A DNA stretch of 63,974 nt, counting the filler, from Intoshia linei (Eukaryota; Animalia; Orthonectida), in assembly GCA_001642005.1 (NCBI GenBank). It is 13 parts of 13 records of this genome, joined end to end, with 100 filler letters (N's around TTAATTAATTAA, not from the genome) between each part and the next. Parts side by side here need not be neighbours in the genome. Positions count along the whole stretch, not along the records: positions 37,239 to 47,080 come from LWCA01001327.1; positions 47,181 to 51,014 come from LWCA01002027.1; positions 51,115 to 53,984 come from LWCA01002213.1; 10 more parts are not named here. One strand, given 5' to 3'. Made by a program: the position numbers and the translations under genes. The number at the start of each line of letters is the position of its first letter. Within the stretch, counting starts at the first letter, position 1. Below are positions 41,410-53,739 of the stretch, piece after piece. The notes under the pieces were generated by a model, which did not search any database, had not been told where the DNA came from, and saw nothing but the letters and a program-made list of their open reading frames with translations.

Positions 41410-42611
41410 TTAACTGTTTTCATAGTGTCTATACTCTGGTTTTAATTCCCATTTGTACCTGTTTGCTACACCTTTCGAATATAAACCAATTTCTTGTAAT
41501 ACACTCTTTACAATCGTCTAAAACAATATGAAAATTTCTTTAAATTATTCAAATTAAACAAAAATATCAAAACAAAAAAATATTCTAAAAGAATCTATTT
41601 AAAAACAAAACTGTATTAAAAAGGAAAAACTTATTAAAATAAGTAAATACCAAAACAGTTCCAAATTAATAATATTAATACTTTTTGAAAAAGTCAATTT
41701 AACTGACATATTCAAACTAAATGAAATTCAATATAAATACCACAGGCTGCTTGGAAACTGAAACTAATTCCTTCAAGGTATAATATTGATGTTTTTCAAA
41801 AGCACCAAATAACGTATCCCTAACTTGATTTCGATTCAAATAAACCTTGTCACATTCAAATACGTTTTTTTTAATTTTCTAAAATTTCACATTAAAAAAT
41901 TAAAATTTAAAAAGTTTTTTTACGTCACTACATCAATAAAATATAACATGAAAATTGTAAATGATATTACATATTACTACACATAAATGAATCAAAATAA
42001 AATAAGTATTAAAATTTACATTAGGGCCAAATTTTGACATTGGTTTAAACGAATTAACAGCACGGTCCAATTGAATAATGGTTCCTTTTGGTTTATTGGC
42101 CAAATTAAATTTCAGCCTAAAAACAATGTACAATGTACTGTATTAATAAATTAACAAACTGTTTAATTTTCATATATTTTTCATCGTCTTGAGGTTCACA
42201 TTCGGCTCTTTTTATAATTTCCCCCTTTATTTCACGTACGTCTCCATCTATTATAACAATTATATTTTAATCTTTAATATTTTTTAACCAATTTTTTCAG
42301 ACATAAGATATTGTTCAGATACAGAAGAAACTTTAACTTTATAATCCATTGGATAAGTATTATTATCCAAATGGGGAGACAATTTTAGTTTAATATTTTG
42401 ACTAAAAAAATTTCTTTGAAAAATAGAACAAAAATTACTTTTCAATTTCAATGTCTCCAACATGATCAGATTCAGAATTATTCCAGGCATCAGCAATATA
42501 ATTTGGTATCTAGGTATAAAACATACATTAAACTAGAAAAAACTAGAATAATACTTTAACAAGCCATAATTGATTAGTATTCAACTTTGCCTCAAAAAAA
42601 TTATTATCCAT
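41410..42611 (-). CDS. GTF2F2: General transcription factor IIF beta (RAP30)
   Basis: MDNN..QLWLVK|IPNYIADAW, IKGEIIKRAECEP, IIQLDRAVNSFKP, LFGAFEKHQYYTLKELVSVSKQPV, KSVLQEIG..WELKPEYRHY. Confidence 0.93.
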
Positions 42612-42831
42612 AAATGTAAATTTATTTTATTAGTACGTTACTACCGAAATGATATTGGTAAATATTGATGTATTGACAAATATTTTCATACAGACGACCA
42701 TAGCTACGCGTTTAAAGTTTTATTAATTAATAATTAAGAAGATATCCTTGATTCGCAATTTACTATACAAATATATAGTAAAAACTTGTAACGTCATATT
42801 AAATTAAATGGAATGTTTCTCAAAGTAAAAA

Positions 42832-43662
42832 ATGTCATTTTTTAAAAAGTTTGTATTATACCAATTGAAAAGAACACCTGAACCATACAACGGATATTTG
42901 ATTGTTGACAAAAATGTAAACCACGCATTGCTATTATTTCAACACAGTGTATCTGTTGTAGGTAAAATTATATTTTACGCAATTTAAAACAAATATAGCT
43001 TCAAGTGATGTCAAATTTTATAAACGCCAATTTCATTATTTTAATGAAACCTTTGCATTGTTAGGTGTTTATGATCATTATATTGGTATTTCATTATAAC
43101 TATGATTGTTATACATTTTTATAGGTGTTAATTGTGTCAGTTATTTGGTTGTGGTAACTGAAGTAGAAATAGTCGGTCAATTCAAAGAACATGATTTGAT
43201 CAAAATTAAAGAAGTCGAATTTTTACCTCTATTCAAAGACACTGTTCTATTTGAATTGCCATCAGAAGTTGTAAATTTGAAAAAGTTGCTATCGTTAGGA
43301 ACTTTTTATTATGCCCAATGTAAAGGTTTCAACAAAGTAGAAATTAATATTACTCAAACCGTCAACAATTTTAACACTCCTGACAATGTTAATTCTTTTC
43401 TTTGGTTTTTTATATTTTTCATTTTTTATTTCATTTTAGGAATCGGAAAATGATGTTATTTTTTTTAAGACGTAAGATTAGCGTGGACAATTGGATTTCT
43501 AGAGTCATGTGCGGTTCCGTGCAGTTTCGAAGAATTAGAACTCAACAACATTTATATTACCTTTTAATTAGTCGTCTCAGTAATGAAAGAGTTGGAACTA
43601 GATTTAAAAGTAGAGGAATTAATGATTATGGTTATGTAGCCAATTTTGTAGAAACAGAACAA
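42832..43662 (+). CDS. SYNJ1: Synaptojanin, N-terminal Sac1-domain exons only
   Basis: MSFFKKFVLY start, YLVVVTEVEIVG, LKKLLSLGTFYY, FLWN, ISRLSNERVGTRFKSRGINDYGYVANFVETEQ. No later exons found. Confidence 0.8.
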
Positions 43663-43949
43663 GTAATTTATGTATTCTTTTTATTTTATTTTTATTATAC
43701 TTTTATATTTATTTTATTTTAAATTATTAATGATGAAAGCTTTTCTCTAATCCAGGGTTTAAACATTTTGTTTCTCCTCTAAAATGTTACTATTCCTATT
43801 ATTAACCCTTAGACCAGTCCTTTCCAATCCATTTTGGTTGGCGACACACCAATATACTATTGATCCGATGATTCCGAATGACAAGACAAGTACATGTCAA
43901 GATTCACAGTATTTGACGAGGAGTAAGCCCATTGTTCTCGAATAATTTG

Positions 43950-44845
43950 TGATTGTCTGTGTGTGTTAAGCTTTATTTAAATAACTACCAGTCTTAGAAT
44001 TTTTCAAAGACCACGTTTCAATTACAGTTTTTCCGTAACGTATAATAAGATAAATTTCAACCTCCCAATTTCACATCTTACGGGTCAAAAGCCCCAGTTG
44101 TCCCTCTTTTTGAAAATCAAACGAGTTGGAGAATTTAAAAAAATATATACGCTGATACGGATTGTAAAATCATAAACATTATCATAANAAGCTCTATCAA
44201 AATAATTTTTTTTTTTTTTAATTTTCAGACAGTTAATTATTTCACATTTTTTGTTTTAAAAGAATACTAAAATGCTTTTTTGACCGTGAAGTCGTCACTT
44301 ATTCGGATTGAAATTTTTTGTTATTAACATAATACAACTATACAACTTGTAAATTTTTTGAAATTCTAGGCTGTTTTCATTAAAAAAAAGGGTAATTTGG
44401 GGTTTTGGCCCTAAAAATATAATTTTTTTTAATTCTCCAACTGGTTTGATTTTCAAAAAGAGGGACAATTGGGGTTTTTTAACCGTAAGACGTGAGTTTG
44501 GGGGTTAAAATTATGTTTGCGAACACCCCGGAAAAAACTGTAATTGAAATGTGGACTTTATAAAATTTTAAGACACACACAGACAGACACACAAACAAAA
44601 ATCGCGTAGCATATTATATAAGTTAAAATTTTGTTTAATAAATTAAAAAAATAAGATAAAAATTGTTTTTTAAATTCTTTACGTAAATTTTAACAAAAAA
44701 AAATTAAGATGGAATAATTCACTTTAAAGTAAAAAATAATGTGATATGATAATTCCACCTGAAACAAGTTTGAGAACTACTCCTTTAAAGGATTGATAAT
44801 AGTAAATAGTAAGATTTTTACGTTAGATTTTCAACGTGCATTTAT
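43950..44845. mobile_element. Cluster of Helitron family A fragments in alternating orientation
   Basis: + piece ~43950-44187, - piece ~44189-44625, + piece ~44630-44845. Confidence 0.8.
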
Positions 44846-44951
44846 TTTTATTGTATTATTATATTATATTTATTTATATTGATACGCAAATATGTAGTGC
44901 TAATGCTATGTGCATATGCATATGCTCAGTGCTGAGTGCATATGCTAACAT

Positions 44952-45929
44952 AAGCTATACCTGTTCTGTAAAAACGATATTTCCAAATGATACTGAAACT
45001 AGACAAAATAATATTAGGAATCGAAACATTTTAATAAAATGAAATGTACTTATGATTATTCAAATATTTAATCTCTCTATTTGCATTATTCGATAAATTT
45101 TGGAACCATTTATATTGATACGCAAATATGTAGTGTACAAAGCTAACATATACATATGTTAAATAAAATGGTATTTATTTGTGGGCCAGAGCTGTTTCGA
45201 TCATGTGGCTGCTTCAAAAAATCAAAAATAATTCTTATAAATAAAATAGATACATATACCCAATATAAGTCTCCCTCGATTAACGCGATTTATAATACCA
45301 AAATATCCACCGCCTTGATAGAGGAAAGTTTCATTTTTTAAGTTTAAGTTAATTTTAACTACAGATATGGGCTATACTAACAATTCCATAAATGGTTTTG
45401 AATTTAATTATGTTTATGATAATGTCACAAAAACGTTCAAATTTGTGAAACTTAAAAATAATTTCCCTCAAACCAGTATATTTCAATATATTTTTATATT
45501 TTATACATGTAGTTTATAAATCATCGTATTACCATGGTGTCGCGTATATACATGAATTTCAAGTAGTTAAAGGGCTATACAATATGGAAGGTGGAATATG
45601 TATCTATGTATCTATGAACAGGTATATGTATCTATTTTATTTATAAGAATTATTTTTGATTTTCTGAAGCAACCGCATGATCGGAACAGCTCTGGTCCAC
45701 AAATAAATACCATTTTATTTAACATATGTATATGTTAGCTTTGTACACTACATATTTGCGTATCAATATAAATGGTTCCAAAATTTATCGAATAATGCAA
45801 ATAGAGAGATTAAATATTTGAATAATCATAAGTACATTTCATTTTATTAAAATGTTTCGATTCCTAATATTATTTTGTCTAGTTTCAGTATCATTTGGAA
45901 ATATCGTTTTTACAGAACAGGTATAGCTT
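44952..45929. repeat. 309-bp near-perfect inverted repeat (44952-45260 / 45621-45929) with a 360-bp spacer
   Basis: Direct reverse-complement comparison shows about 5 mismatches, clustered in the GGGCCAGAGCTG..GCTTCAAAAA stretch. Confidence 0.92.
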
Positions 45930-46543
45930 CAATTTTGATTAACGACATTTATTTAGAAAGGTAATGGAAATTATAAACACAACAAAAATTTCACAATATC
46001 GTCTGATTGCAGTAGTAAACTAACTACAGATACGGGCTATACTTACCATTCCATGAATGGTTTTGAATTTAATTATGTTTATGATGATGTCACAAAAACG
46101 TTCAAATTTGTGAAACTTGGAAATAATACCCCTCAAGCCAGTATATTTTAATATATTTTTATATTTTATACATGTAGTTTATAAATCATCGTATTACCAT
46201 GGTGTCGCGTATATACATGAATTTCAAGTAGTTAAAGGGCTATATAATATGGAAGGTGGAACAGAGTATCATGTATACTGATGATTTATTAAATATAGGA
46301 ACATTTAGCTACAAATCACATTAAGAAATAATAAAAATGAAGCATACCATGGAAAAGTTTACATATTTGTCATACCAATGAAGGTATTATTTTTAATTTT
46401 AACTTTTGACGCTATTTTGTGATAATAATTTTGATAATTAAAATAGTTCGACGAGAAGTCTACAAATAATTTCGACACAATTATGAATCCACAACACGGT
46501 CAAAGCATTCATGTTGACTATTTGTCTTATTTTGGAATCAATA
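45852..46543 (+). CDS. Unassigned secreted or cell-surface protein, 5 exons, 3' incomplete; absent from the ORF track
   Basis: Exons 45852-45920 (MFRFLILFCLVSVSFG signal peptide), 45957-46140, 46178-46272, 46309-46383 and 46447-46543 join in frame across 36, 37, 36 and 63-nt GT-AG introns. Confidence 0.75.
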
Positions 46544-46612
46544 GTAAATTATAAATTACTTTTATACATAATGTATAAATATATTTATAATAATAATGTA
46601 TATTATTATTTA

Positions 46613-47080
46613 CCTAACTTATATAATATGCTACGCGATTTTTGTTTGTGTCTGTCTGTGTGTGTCTTAAAATTTTATAAAGTCCACATTTCAATTACAG
46701 TTTTTTCCGGGGTGTTCGCAAACATAATTTCAACCTCCCAAACTCACATCTTACGCGTCAAAAACCCAAATTGTCCCTTTTTTTGAAAATCAAACGAGTT
46801 AGAGAATTTAAAAAAAAATATATACGCTGATACGGATTGTAAAATCATAAACATTATCATAAATTTAAATTTAAAACAATTATATCTTCAGGGCAAAAAC
46901 CATAAATTACTTTTCTTTTTTTAATGAAAACAGTTCTAGAATTTCAAAAAATTTACAGGTTGTACAGTTGTATCCTGTTAACACACACATAAAATTTCAA
47001 TCTGAATAAGTGACGACTTATCGGTTAAAAAAACATTTTAGTATTCATATATTTTTTTTCGAAATATTTTATTAAAACAA
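46613..47080 (+). mobile_element. Helitron family A, 5' half
   Basis: CCTAACTTATATAATATGCTACGCG start. Confidence 0.82.
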
Positions 47081-47180
47081 NNNNNNNNNNNNNNNNNNNN
47101 NNNNNNNNNNNNNNNNNNNNNNNNTTAATTAATTAANNNNNNNNNNNNNNNNNNNNNNNNNNNNNNNNNNNNNNNNNNNN

Positions 47181-49956
47181 TCAATTTTATAGTTGGAATA
47201 TCGTATGGTTCAATTTCTTTTTCTAATGTAACAAGATCACTCGTACTGGAAGAAACATGAACACCATTGGAAGGAATATCCTTATTATCCGATTCAAAAT
47301 TGATCTTTGCCGTTTCCAAAGTATTTATATGAGAAGAAACATTATTGTTTTGGCCAAAATTTTCCGTAAAATTTGTATTATTCATGAAACTTTCAGAAGC
47401 AACAGATGAAATCAAACTATGATCAAGTATAGAAAACTTGTTATAAATCATAGGTTTTTCGATCAATAAAAATGAATCCACAATATCATAATCATTTGTT
47501 TTTTTTATATTAAAGTTCTGCCTCTCTTTGGGTAAGTGTACCTTATTGTACTTGCATACTTTAATGAAAGATTTGTTAGGTGTTGATAATGTTTCATTTT
47601 GTAATTCTTTAGTTATATAATTTTGCTCTTCGATATTTGAGTGAATGGATTCATCCATATTTTTTGATGGTATTGGCCAGTTTTGAACAAGATCACACTG
47701 ATCACAAATTTCATTATCAATTTCATTTATTCTATTATCATAATTAAAGGTTTCGTAAATATGTGAAGATTGAAAACTTTTATATGAATAGTTACTATGA
47801 TTGGACTGGGTACTATCAAGATCACCAAGATCTAAAATATAATCGTTCATACTTTCATAACAAGATTTGAAATCATCACTCATAGTATCAACCGATGCAT
47901 TTATCCACAATTTTTCAATTTTTTCCTTGTTATATTCCTTGTATATATTAGATAAATTAATTTTTTCCATTTTTATTATCAATTCAACTGACAACACTAA
48001 ATGGTTACACAAAGAAGTACAAATTTCCGGGACATTTGATTCTGCATCCCTTAAAGAAAAGACTACAGTGTCAACTAAATATGTACAAACATTATTAATT
48101 GCAACATTAAACGATTCACTTGAATCCAAAATGTTGATATTATCTTGAGTTTTATTAAAAATAGATACAGTATTTTTCCCTTTTAATATTAAAGAATTGT
48201 CAACATCTTGATTCAATGCAAACTCAACACATGTGATCAAAGTTTTGCAAATACTGTCACAAATTTCATTTGATGTATCTCTAGTGGACAAAGTTGAATG
48301 TGAGAGTTGTAGAATATCATGTGTACCTACTCCTTTACCTATATTTGCTACCGTAGCGGTATTTATTCCAATATCAGTTTTATCAATCATATTAGATGTA
48401 AAAGTGTATTCGTTTTTAGTAACAATTAAATCATCAGTGCATAAAGCAATATGAATTGAATTAGTTGGTATATCAATAGTGTCTGTATTCCTTTCAACTC
48501 TATAAATATTTGAAGTATTTGTACTTGCCTCAATCAAATTTTGAAAAGCAATTTTATTGTCTATGCTAGTTGACTCATCTGTACGAATTACCAAATCATT
48601 TGTGGAACAATCAATATCAATAGTGTTAGACGGAATGCCATCTGTGTCGGTCTCAAAATCCACCAAAGATAAAATAGACCTGTTAACCATTACGTTGGCA
48701 GTTTCTATTATATTTAAAATGGAAACATTAATACTTTCATTCTTGGTCACAATTAAATCACCAGTGCACGATGAAAAATTATGTGTATTTGTAGGTATAT
48801 TAAACATATCCGTCTCTACATTTATTTTTTCTGACTTAAAAGTATTTACGCCCATATCCACTGTATCAATTTTAAAATCATGACAGGAGGTAGATTTGTC
48901 ATTGAAAATAAAATCAGTATTACAACCAAAATGTAATAAATTTGTAGGGATATCCGTTGTTTCTATTATTTGATCACATGTCAATATTAAATTCGTATTA
49001 ACACTTACATCAGCCATTTCAACGTCAATACGAAAAGGCTCAGTTTCATTATCTCTTTTTTCAATTAAATCATTTGTACTTGTACAAATATCAAATCGGT
49101 ACAGTGGAATATCCCTAGTATCTGTAAAAAAATCACTGAAATATAGTGACGTGTTTATACCAGTATTTTTCATTTCATTTTTAAAATATTCATCATCGCA
49201 CAGTGTACTTTGTTCAGTAGTACTGATCAAATTACGCGTACTTGAAGAAACATGCAACTTAAAATCAATCAGATGATTTTCGGTTTCATGTTCTTTAGTT
49301 TTTATTTTAGGATTGATTTCAACTTCCTTAACTGTCTTGTTTACTAATTCAATTCGTGCATCATACGATGGAAATGAGCGATTAAGATTTTTACAAAAAT
49401 TCAATTTAAATTTACAATTTGGGCACTCGTTACTTGCACTTTTTGAATTAAAATTTAGAGGCGTTTTAATTTTACAAGGTTGTTTATTCAAATTTTTGTT
49501 ATCCAAAAATAATTCATTGAAAGGTTCTCTAGTTGAATTCGAAAAAGAGTCTTCAATACCCTCACTAATGATAGATAAATTTTGTTGATAATTGTTTTTT
49601 GATGGTAATTCCAATTTATTGTTCATGTTTGTTTCATAGTTATACATTTTTGATTCAATAGGTATAGAATCACTGTGGTTAGAAATATCAGCATCCACAT
49701 TAAATTTATTCATTGATTTAATAAAATTGTTCAAATCTGAAGTAGACGTAAATTCATCCTTTTTAATAATCAATTGTGTATTTTTAAGTTTGTCTAAACA
49801 TTTAATGTGTAATACAATCTTTTTAATTTACCTTTATAATTTGAGATATGTTTAACAGGTGTATCAGAAATTTGAAGATCAGATTTCTCACATATAAAAT
49901 CAAGATCGGAAATATTATTAACTTCCTCTTCGAATCTAATATCTAATGTAGTATTC
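47181..49956 (-). CDS. Large acidic Thr/Asn/Asp-rich protein with internal ~50-55 aa repeats (partial)
   Basis: About 2.6 kb of uninterrupted ORF in very AT-rich DNA, plus an upstream exon ~49832-49956. Repeats of DIP[ST]N..H....T.DLI. Confidence 0.8.
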
Positions 49957-51599
49957 TAAAAAATGAATATATAGAAAAAAATGTATACTTTTGTATCATT
50001 AGTTATAAAACAAAAAAATCAGATGGCCTTTATCCAAAAATTCCAAATTGTCACCATCTAATTTGATTTGAAACAACAAGGGTTTTAAAAATATAAAAAG
50101 TAATTAAATGCAATCAAAATAGGCTGTTTTGTTTTAAAACCGGGTTCATATATAAGGTTTGACGTTTCATAAATTTACCATGGAGTTGTCAATATTTAAG
50201 CTGCCACAATTTGGCATCTAAATATAATGAATAAATTTTAAAAAAGGTTTAATTAAATCTCTCATTGGACAGGTTTTAACCCTCCCGACAAATATCTACA
50301 TAAGCAAATGAATAATTATGGTAACATTTCACCATATGCGTTTATGAAACTCGATGCCCTAAGGGTCTTGCCCTTATAGCATCTTCTTTCATCAAAATTG
50401 TCATGCTTATTCACATTATCAGTAATCTTGTCATCAGCAATCATTTCATAATAAAGTTATTTTATCAGTAATTTCTCATCAGTTTTATGTCAATTGTTTT
50501 AATAATTTGTAATTTAAGATTAATATTAGATTATAGTAATATAATTAGTAAAATAATTAGTAATATAGATTAATTAGTATTACATTTAATTGATTATGAC
50601 ATTATATTTTATATATTGGTAGTACATAGTGTAAAATCTTTATAAGAAAATAAAAAAAAGGTATATTTTGACTGAGCAAAATATATTAAATTTATTTGAT
50701 AATGTAGAAAATAGAACATTATTAGAAAATCTTCAGGATGCATTTCTTAATTTTGAATAAATATTTTAATGTTTATGATTTACTAAAATTTAATTTTTTT
50801 CAAATATTAAATTGTTCATTAAACTAGACAATTTCACCTATCTGTTGTCGATTTCAAAGAAAAAATGTATTTATTCTTAATTAAACATGAATAAGCTATG
50901 AATAATTCAAAAGTATATTCAGCTCGAATTATAAAAAAAATAACATTTCCAAAGATCATACTTAAATAACAACAAATCTCAAAAAGATTATTTTAAATTG
51001 AAAAATAATTTTAANNNNNNNNNNNNNNNNNNNNNNNNNNNNNNNNNNNNNNNNNNNNTTAATTAATTAANNNNNNNNNNNNNNNNNNNNNNNNNNNNNN
51101 NNNNNNNNNNNNNNAATTATACTTAAATACAATTTATGTTAATAAAAATAATTAAATGTTAAATACTACTTTTAGTTTTCACTGTCGATAAAATAACTAA
51201 ATCAAATAATTAATTTTTTTTTAAAAAATTCTAAGAAATAATATTAGTTTAGTATAAATATTTAATATTAAGTTTTCAAATAGCTAGTAGAATAAACTTT
51301 TATTCGAGATATTCTTGTATTTAATAACGAGTGTATTTATAAACAAGAAACTACAGTACAACAAATATTTACAAAAATAGTAAGTGAAATTAACAATTTT
51401 AATTAAAATTATATTCAATGTTTTAAATTTTTTTTAATATAAAAAAATAATCTGTTATTATAGCTTGTCTCGGAAATTTTTTGTGATATTTTTTTATTAA
51501 TTCCATTCGGATAATTTTCAATGTACCATTGTTGCAACTGTTTAGAAAAAAATATAGCTTCCTAAGTATGTATTGTCGTTTTAATAAGAGTCTAAGAGT

Positions 51600-53735
51600 C
51601 ATTTGATTCTACGGATTAGACGTCACAGTCGGTACATAGATCAATATTTTTAAGGAATGCCTCATTTGTAGTTATTGTTGTATCATATGCTGAAAATCAT
51701 CATCTAAGTTACTATTTAGCGGGTTAGATTCTAATTCGTTATTGGCTATAGCTTGGTTATTGATTGACATCATCTCGATATACCAATGTACTAATTTTTC
51801 AATTTATTATTTATTATTATTAATATTTCTTTGAAACATTCTCCCACGCCATGAGAAAATACGAAATACATTTGTATAATATATATTTTATTAATAAATT
51901 TTGATAATTCAGATCTTCATATTATGGGGTTTCCATTTCAATAAGTATAATCATGTTAATAATGCGCTTGCATTGCTCGTTGAACGAGTGTATAATCCCT
52001 TGATCGAGTGATTGTATCTTAGAAGTCGTATTCGGAGGTAGAAAAAACAACTCTATTTTCAAATATTAAGTACATTTTGGGTAAACAGTTGCGGTGTCTA
52101 GAATTAAAAGAATTTTTCTATTTTTATTTTTTATCCATACATTTAAGTGTAACAATCATAATTCAAAAATTATTAATGTCATACACGATTTTTTGTTATT
52201 TTTATAGGAAACATTTAATTTTTTAAATTCTAAATTCTTAAAACATTTAAGGTTTTTAGATTTTCTAATAATTAATAATTTTAACTTCTCGCCTAACATC
52301 CTTACACAGAATACTATAGTTATACGTTCGTTGCTGATTTTACCACATGCTTTATCTACATTCGATAATTTTACCATTTTGTTAGAAGAACATTTGTAAA
52401 ATAATCCAGATTCAGCACAATTAAAAATATTTTTGTGGTTATAATTAGCAATTTTTTTTATGTAAATATCTTTAAAATTTTCAATTCGAATGGGATCAAC
52501 AAGACTCTCATCACCAATGAATTTTTTTGGAACAAGACAACGACGTTTTTTGAAAGAACTTATCGAACCATTTGAAGTCTTAAAATTATCCATTTTAGAG
52601 CCATTGTTTTAATCATTTCGTCATATATAATAAAATGTTTCAACCATTTACATTCAATCCATTCAAATAGTTTTTCATCTATTTTACAGGTTTTAAACAA
52701 GCTTCTATTATTGATGATCTTATCTTGAATGAGAATATTGTGTGAATTTTTAATTATTGCATTAATGCAACCCATAGATTAAATTCTGGGGCTGTTTTCA
52801 TTAATAAAATTAAGGGTAATTTGGGATTTTGGCATTTTAAATATTTTTAAATTTAAATTTATGACTTAGCCCAGAAAAAACTGTAATTGAAATTTNAATA
52901 AGTATAATCATGTTAATAATGCGCTTGCATTGCTCCTTAAACGAGTGTATAATCCATTGATCGAGTGATTGTATCTTAGAAGTCGTATTCGGAGGTAGAA
53001 AAAACAAATCTATGTTCAAATATTGAGTACATTTTGGGTGAACAGTTGCGGTGTCTAGAATTAAAAGAATTTTTCTATTTTTATTTTATATCCATAAACT
53101 TAAGTGTGACAATCATGATTCAAAAATTATTAATGTCATACACGATTTTTTGTTACTTTTATAGGAAACATTTAATTTTTTTAAATACTAAATTTTTAAA
53201 ACATCTAAGGTTTTTAGATTTTTTAATAATTAATAATTTTAACTTCTCGCCTAACATCTTTACACCGAATAGTATAGTTATACGTTCGTTGCTGAACTTA
53301 CCACATGCTTTATCTACATTCGATAATGTTACCGTTCTGTTAGAAGAACATTTGTAAAACAATCCAGATTCATCACAATTAAAAATATTTTTGTGGTTAT
53401 AATTAGCAATTTTTTTTATGTAAATATCTTTAAAATTTTCAATTCGAATGGGATCAACAAGACTCTCATCACCAATGAATTTTTTTGAAACCAGACAACG
53501 ACGTTTTTTGAAAGAACTTATCGAACCATTTGAAGTCTTAAAATTATCAATTGTAGAGCCATTGTTTTAATCATTTTGTCAGATATAATAAAATGTTTCA
53601 ACCATTTAAATTCAATCCATTTAAATAGTTTTTAATCTATTTTACAGGTTTTAAACAAGCTTCTATTATGGATGATCTTATCTTGAATGAGAATATTGTG
53701 TGAATTTTTAATTATTGCATTAATGCAACCCATAG
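51600..53735 (-). mobile_element. Tigger/pogo transposase relics, tandemly duplicated
   Basis: IDEKLFEW (CENP-B HTH), FKTSNG..SFKKR, IFNCDESGLFYK, ERITI, LILDTA, FFLPPNTTSKIQSLDQGII. Copies at ~51600-52780 and 52897-53735. Confidence 0.9.
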
Positions 53736-53739
53736 ATTA

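Noticed and set aside
37044-47080. Possible inversion of contig 37239-47080 (Helitron halves at 37044 and 46613 would join)
   Set aside because: Helitron copies are too abundant for this to be diagnostic, and no gene continuity supports it.
47867-49588. Several + strand ORFs, plus 550-825, 5555-5830, 6923-7216 and 26485-26778
   Set aside because: Antisense shadows of real coding regions with no independent motifs.
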